From: Phoronis australis
Taxonomy: Eukaryota > Animalia > Phoronida
DNA length: 64,000 nt
Assembly: GCA_002633005.1 (NCBI GenBank)
Contig: NMRA01000250.1
Coordinates: 93,534 to 157,533 of the forward strand
Direction of reading: 5' to 3'
Shown piece by piece: positions 61,034 to 64,000 of the stretch. The position numbers and the translations under genes are program-made. The stretch's first letter is position 1, and each line of letters opens with the position of its first letter. Under the pieces are notes generated by a model that made no database searches, was not told where the DNA came from, and saw nothing but the letters and a program-made list of their open reading frames with translations.

Positions 61034-64000
61034 GTAAGTGTTCTCGTGTAACATTTCTATTCACTGGTTACAACTGATTACTGAAAATAGTAAAATATAT
61101 CGTGTCAAAAACGTTCGTTTTAGATCACAGGTCTCAAATGGGTGCGTCAAAGGTGTATTTGTCTGAAGGTCCATTGGTCTGAAGGTTTGATAGTCCGAAA
61201 TATTTAAAAAAATGTTACTTTCTATAATCCAAAGGTTCAACCATCCTAAGGTTCGATAGTCTGAAATTCATAAAAACACAGAGCCACTATGCCAGTTGTT
61301 AAGTTTGACCAGTACCAGACCTTCACAGTGAACTGACTTTTATTAAGAAAAGCTAAAGACTGATTCAGGAAGTGACGCGCATGCTACAATGGCGGAGGTC
61401 TCTACAAACTGAAGATTCTAAGGTCTGACAGCTCCGTGGACAGTTCTATTCAACTTATTCAAGCAATCGCCATTTTAAAAGTGAGCCTCTTTTTAGGTTT
61501 TAAAAACAATGCAGTCTGCGCTTAATCTCAGCACAAACCGTAATTTTTTTCGTGTGCCTCGTTTTATTTATGTCTCAAATGCGTTTTTTTAAACCTAAAA
61601 AGAGGCTCACTCATAGACCTCACATAGACCGGGCGCGCGCCACTCAGATACATGCATCTCGCGTTGTCAATATGACGCCATATTGGAGAATGTTACACAG
61701 GACAAAATGCCAGAAAACATTGGGAGCCCTACGGCATCAGTCAGAATATCCGCGGGCTCGCAGTGTTATGCTTGCTGCAAAGAGTTATGTTTTTTGGTCC
61801 TGCCTTAGAGTCATGTTTTTTGTTGGTTCGGCTATGGAGTTTAGATGTGCTGCCACAAGGTTTTTATGTTCTGCCACCATAGTTTAAGCAGAGCGATTAT
61901 GCGTTATTTCCACATCAGTCTTGGTGATTGAGACCATATAAGAGATCAATTAAAAGATAATTATTGCCCAGCATATGCTGTTATCCAATGATGATGCTGT
62001 TTACTAATTATATTTACCGGGTAAGTAAATTTTTAGTATTGTTGACAATCATTTGTATTTTTACTTGTTCTGAAAAATAACATCCCCGAACCTACTCGCT
62101 AGCCATCAAAATCAGTACATCTAAGTGAATAATGTATTCTCTGTTGAAATATACACTGCTTTAAAAACTCATTTCTTAATGAGTATTCCAAAATCAGATT
62201 TCTTTTGCTGTATTAAAACAAACGTATCCCTGCAAAATCTGTACTTATGTTAAAGTTGATATTGGGAATTTTGTGGATTTGCACTGCTTGCTTACGAGCT
62301 CTTTGTTTTGTGACTCAAAGGTTGCGCAAAAAAGTAAAGTGCATAGTAACCAAAATATCAAGAACGTACGACTGAGCATCTGACCTATACCCAAAATACA
62401 GAATTTGCCACTCGAAACCGAGTGCAAAATATACCCAACCGCGCCAGTGTAGCATTAAATAATGACCCCATGAAAAATGATCCCGGCTAGTTTTTTTACA
62501 GGGTCTAAATTTAATGTGAAGAATTTTCAGCCCATGAAAAAAGACCTCACGTCCGTGAAAGCCCGTCTTGTCATTATTCAACGGTTCCAGGGGCGGATCC
62601 AGAGTATTTTGGGGGGGCAAGGCAGAGGATCACACGTGCGCACCCAGCTTAAAATATATAGTGGCTAGAGTTTTGCGGTCATGGGGAGTTGTTACTGGAA
62701 TAAGAAGATGAGTACTAAAAAAACGGGGTAATAGGTTCAACTCCGTGCATTGTGCATTTGCGACGAATTCCTGTGGACATTTGTCTCCTTTCCTCGGACT
62801 TTTGTTTCTCTAAGAAGGACCTTTTTGCCCACTTCGTCAAGTGGGGGGGGAATGGGCTTATTCGAGTCCTCCGAGCCCCCCCCGGGTGTGTGCATGTACA
62901 TGTATTAGCCAGGATTTTGCCCGTTGGAATCTGGGAGAATTTTAAGGGGTCTTGGGCCCCCTCTAAATCCGCCACTGGGTTCCTCCGCAACAGGGGGTTG
63001 GGATAAACAGACACGATACCCGCAATTGGCGATCTTTCAACAATGTTCTATATGCGGATGTTTAGGTCTAGGAGTCACCTGAGTAACGCGCGGCAAGGAA
63101 ATCTTGCAATGAGGGAATGAAAGTACTGAACGGCGTGCATACTAGGAATATGATGTGGGGAAGCTGAGCTGAAGCGAAAACAATCACAAGTATTCGAACA
63201 GTCCTTGGTTCAGTTGCCCAACTTGGCAACTGGCCATTTTTACACTGCTCGTGTCAGGATATTATATCTGACTAATGAACTGCATGAAGACTCAATCCAA
63301 AATACTTGGCCACATGTTAAGAATCTTCCTATCGCATCCAACTTTTCGTACTATAAAACCATGAGAACTGATCGAGGCCAAGCGTGCGTGGAAGAATTTA
63401 TTTTAAATTTCTCAGCGGCTGAGGGACGCGAAGTACGTATATCATAATTAAGGGCGTGGGTGGATAGGAACGATTCGAAATAATGTGTGGGAGCGGAGCT
63501 GACCTCTTTTTGAGCACATAATTACACGGTGTCAGGATACTACAAAACGGGGGTGCCTTCAGATCAGTGAGAGAGGAATATCGTGCGTGAGAGAAGATTA
63601 TTTGTCCGTTTGCAATCCCGAGCGATGCACAGGAGAAGAATTGAGTATGTGTTCTTTGCTTTTTGCATGACGCGTTCTTCCGTTTAGTCTAACTTGTTAG
63701 GTTGTATAGCACAAATTGGGCGGATGACGGCTGTAGCCAATACCTTACACCGACGACTGATTAAGTCAATTCCGGCAATTATGGTTAGAGGGTCAACTCT
63801 CTTTAGTTCGATAGTTGCTCTAATCTCCAATAAGATCATATCTTATTGACTCACCGGGCTGTGATATTAAAAAAAATAATTTATAAGTTATAAAATGTTT
63901 GAACATAAACCAATGACATTTCTGAATTCCCCATCAATTACTGGTCATGCGGAAATTAAGTTTTTGAATCACCAAAATCGCCCAACTATACAATGAAAGT

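Noticed and set aside
61919-62020. Possible next SLC6 exon (acceptor catcag, donor gtaagt)
   Set aside because: Stops in all three frames and no convincing TM11 similarity; the remaining exons probably lie beyond the window.

Overview
This is AT-rich, repeat-rich animal genomic DNA, probably from an invertebrate (inferred), in a draft assembly with seven single-N gaps. Five of the gaps are flanked by near-identical duplicated blocks that look like allelic overlaps. Two multi-exon genes lie on the + strand; the ORF track shows only fragments of them. (1) 7899-23265: a 5'-partial ADAR-family adenosine deaminase with 12 readable exons, at least three dsRNA-binding domains and a deaminase domain with intact CHAE, PCG and SCSDK motifs. 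It is ADAR1-like overall, but it lacks the ADAR1 second-zinc ligands, has altered IP6-pocket residues, a short 5'-binding loop and a degenerate last dsRBD. It also has a GC-AG intron and a triplicated splice donor. (2) 42808-61033: a very divergent SLC6/NSS-fold transporter with 10 phase-consistent exons (TM2-TM10). Its Na+/Cl-/substrate motifs are largely replaced, and its candidate first exon is damaged. The rest is transposon-derived: Helentron/DINE-1-type (HINE) elements all in one orientation, a decayed LINE interrupted at its stop codon by a 1.46-kb CAC...GTG TIR element with a 5-bp TSD, further LINE and Penelope fragments, several MITE families, a tRNA-derived SINE head and minisatellites. 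One duplicated block carries a tight cluster of one-directional G->A changes. All calls come from manual reading; no database searches were run.
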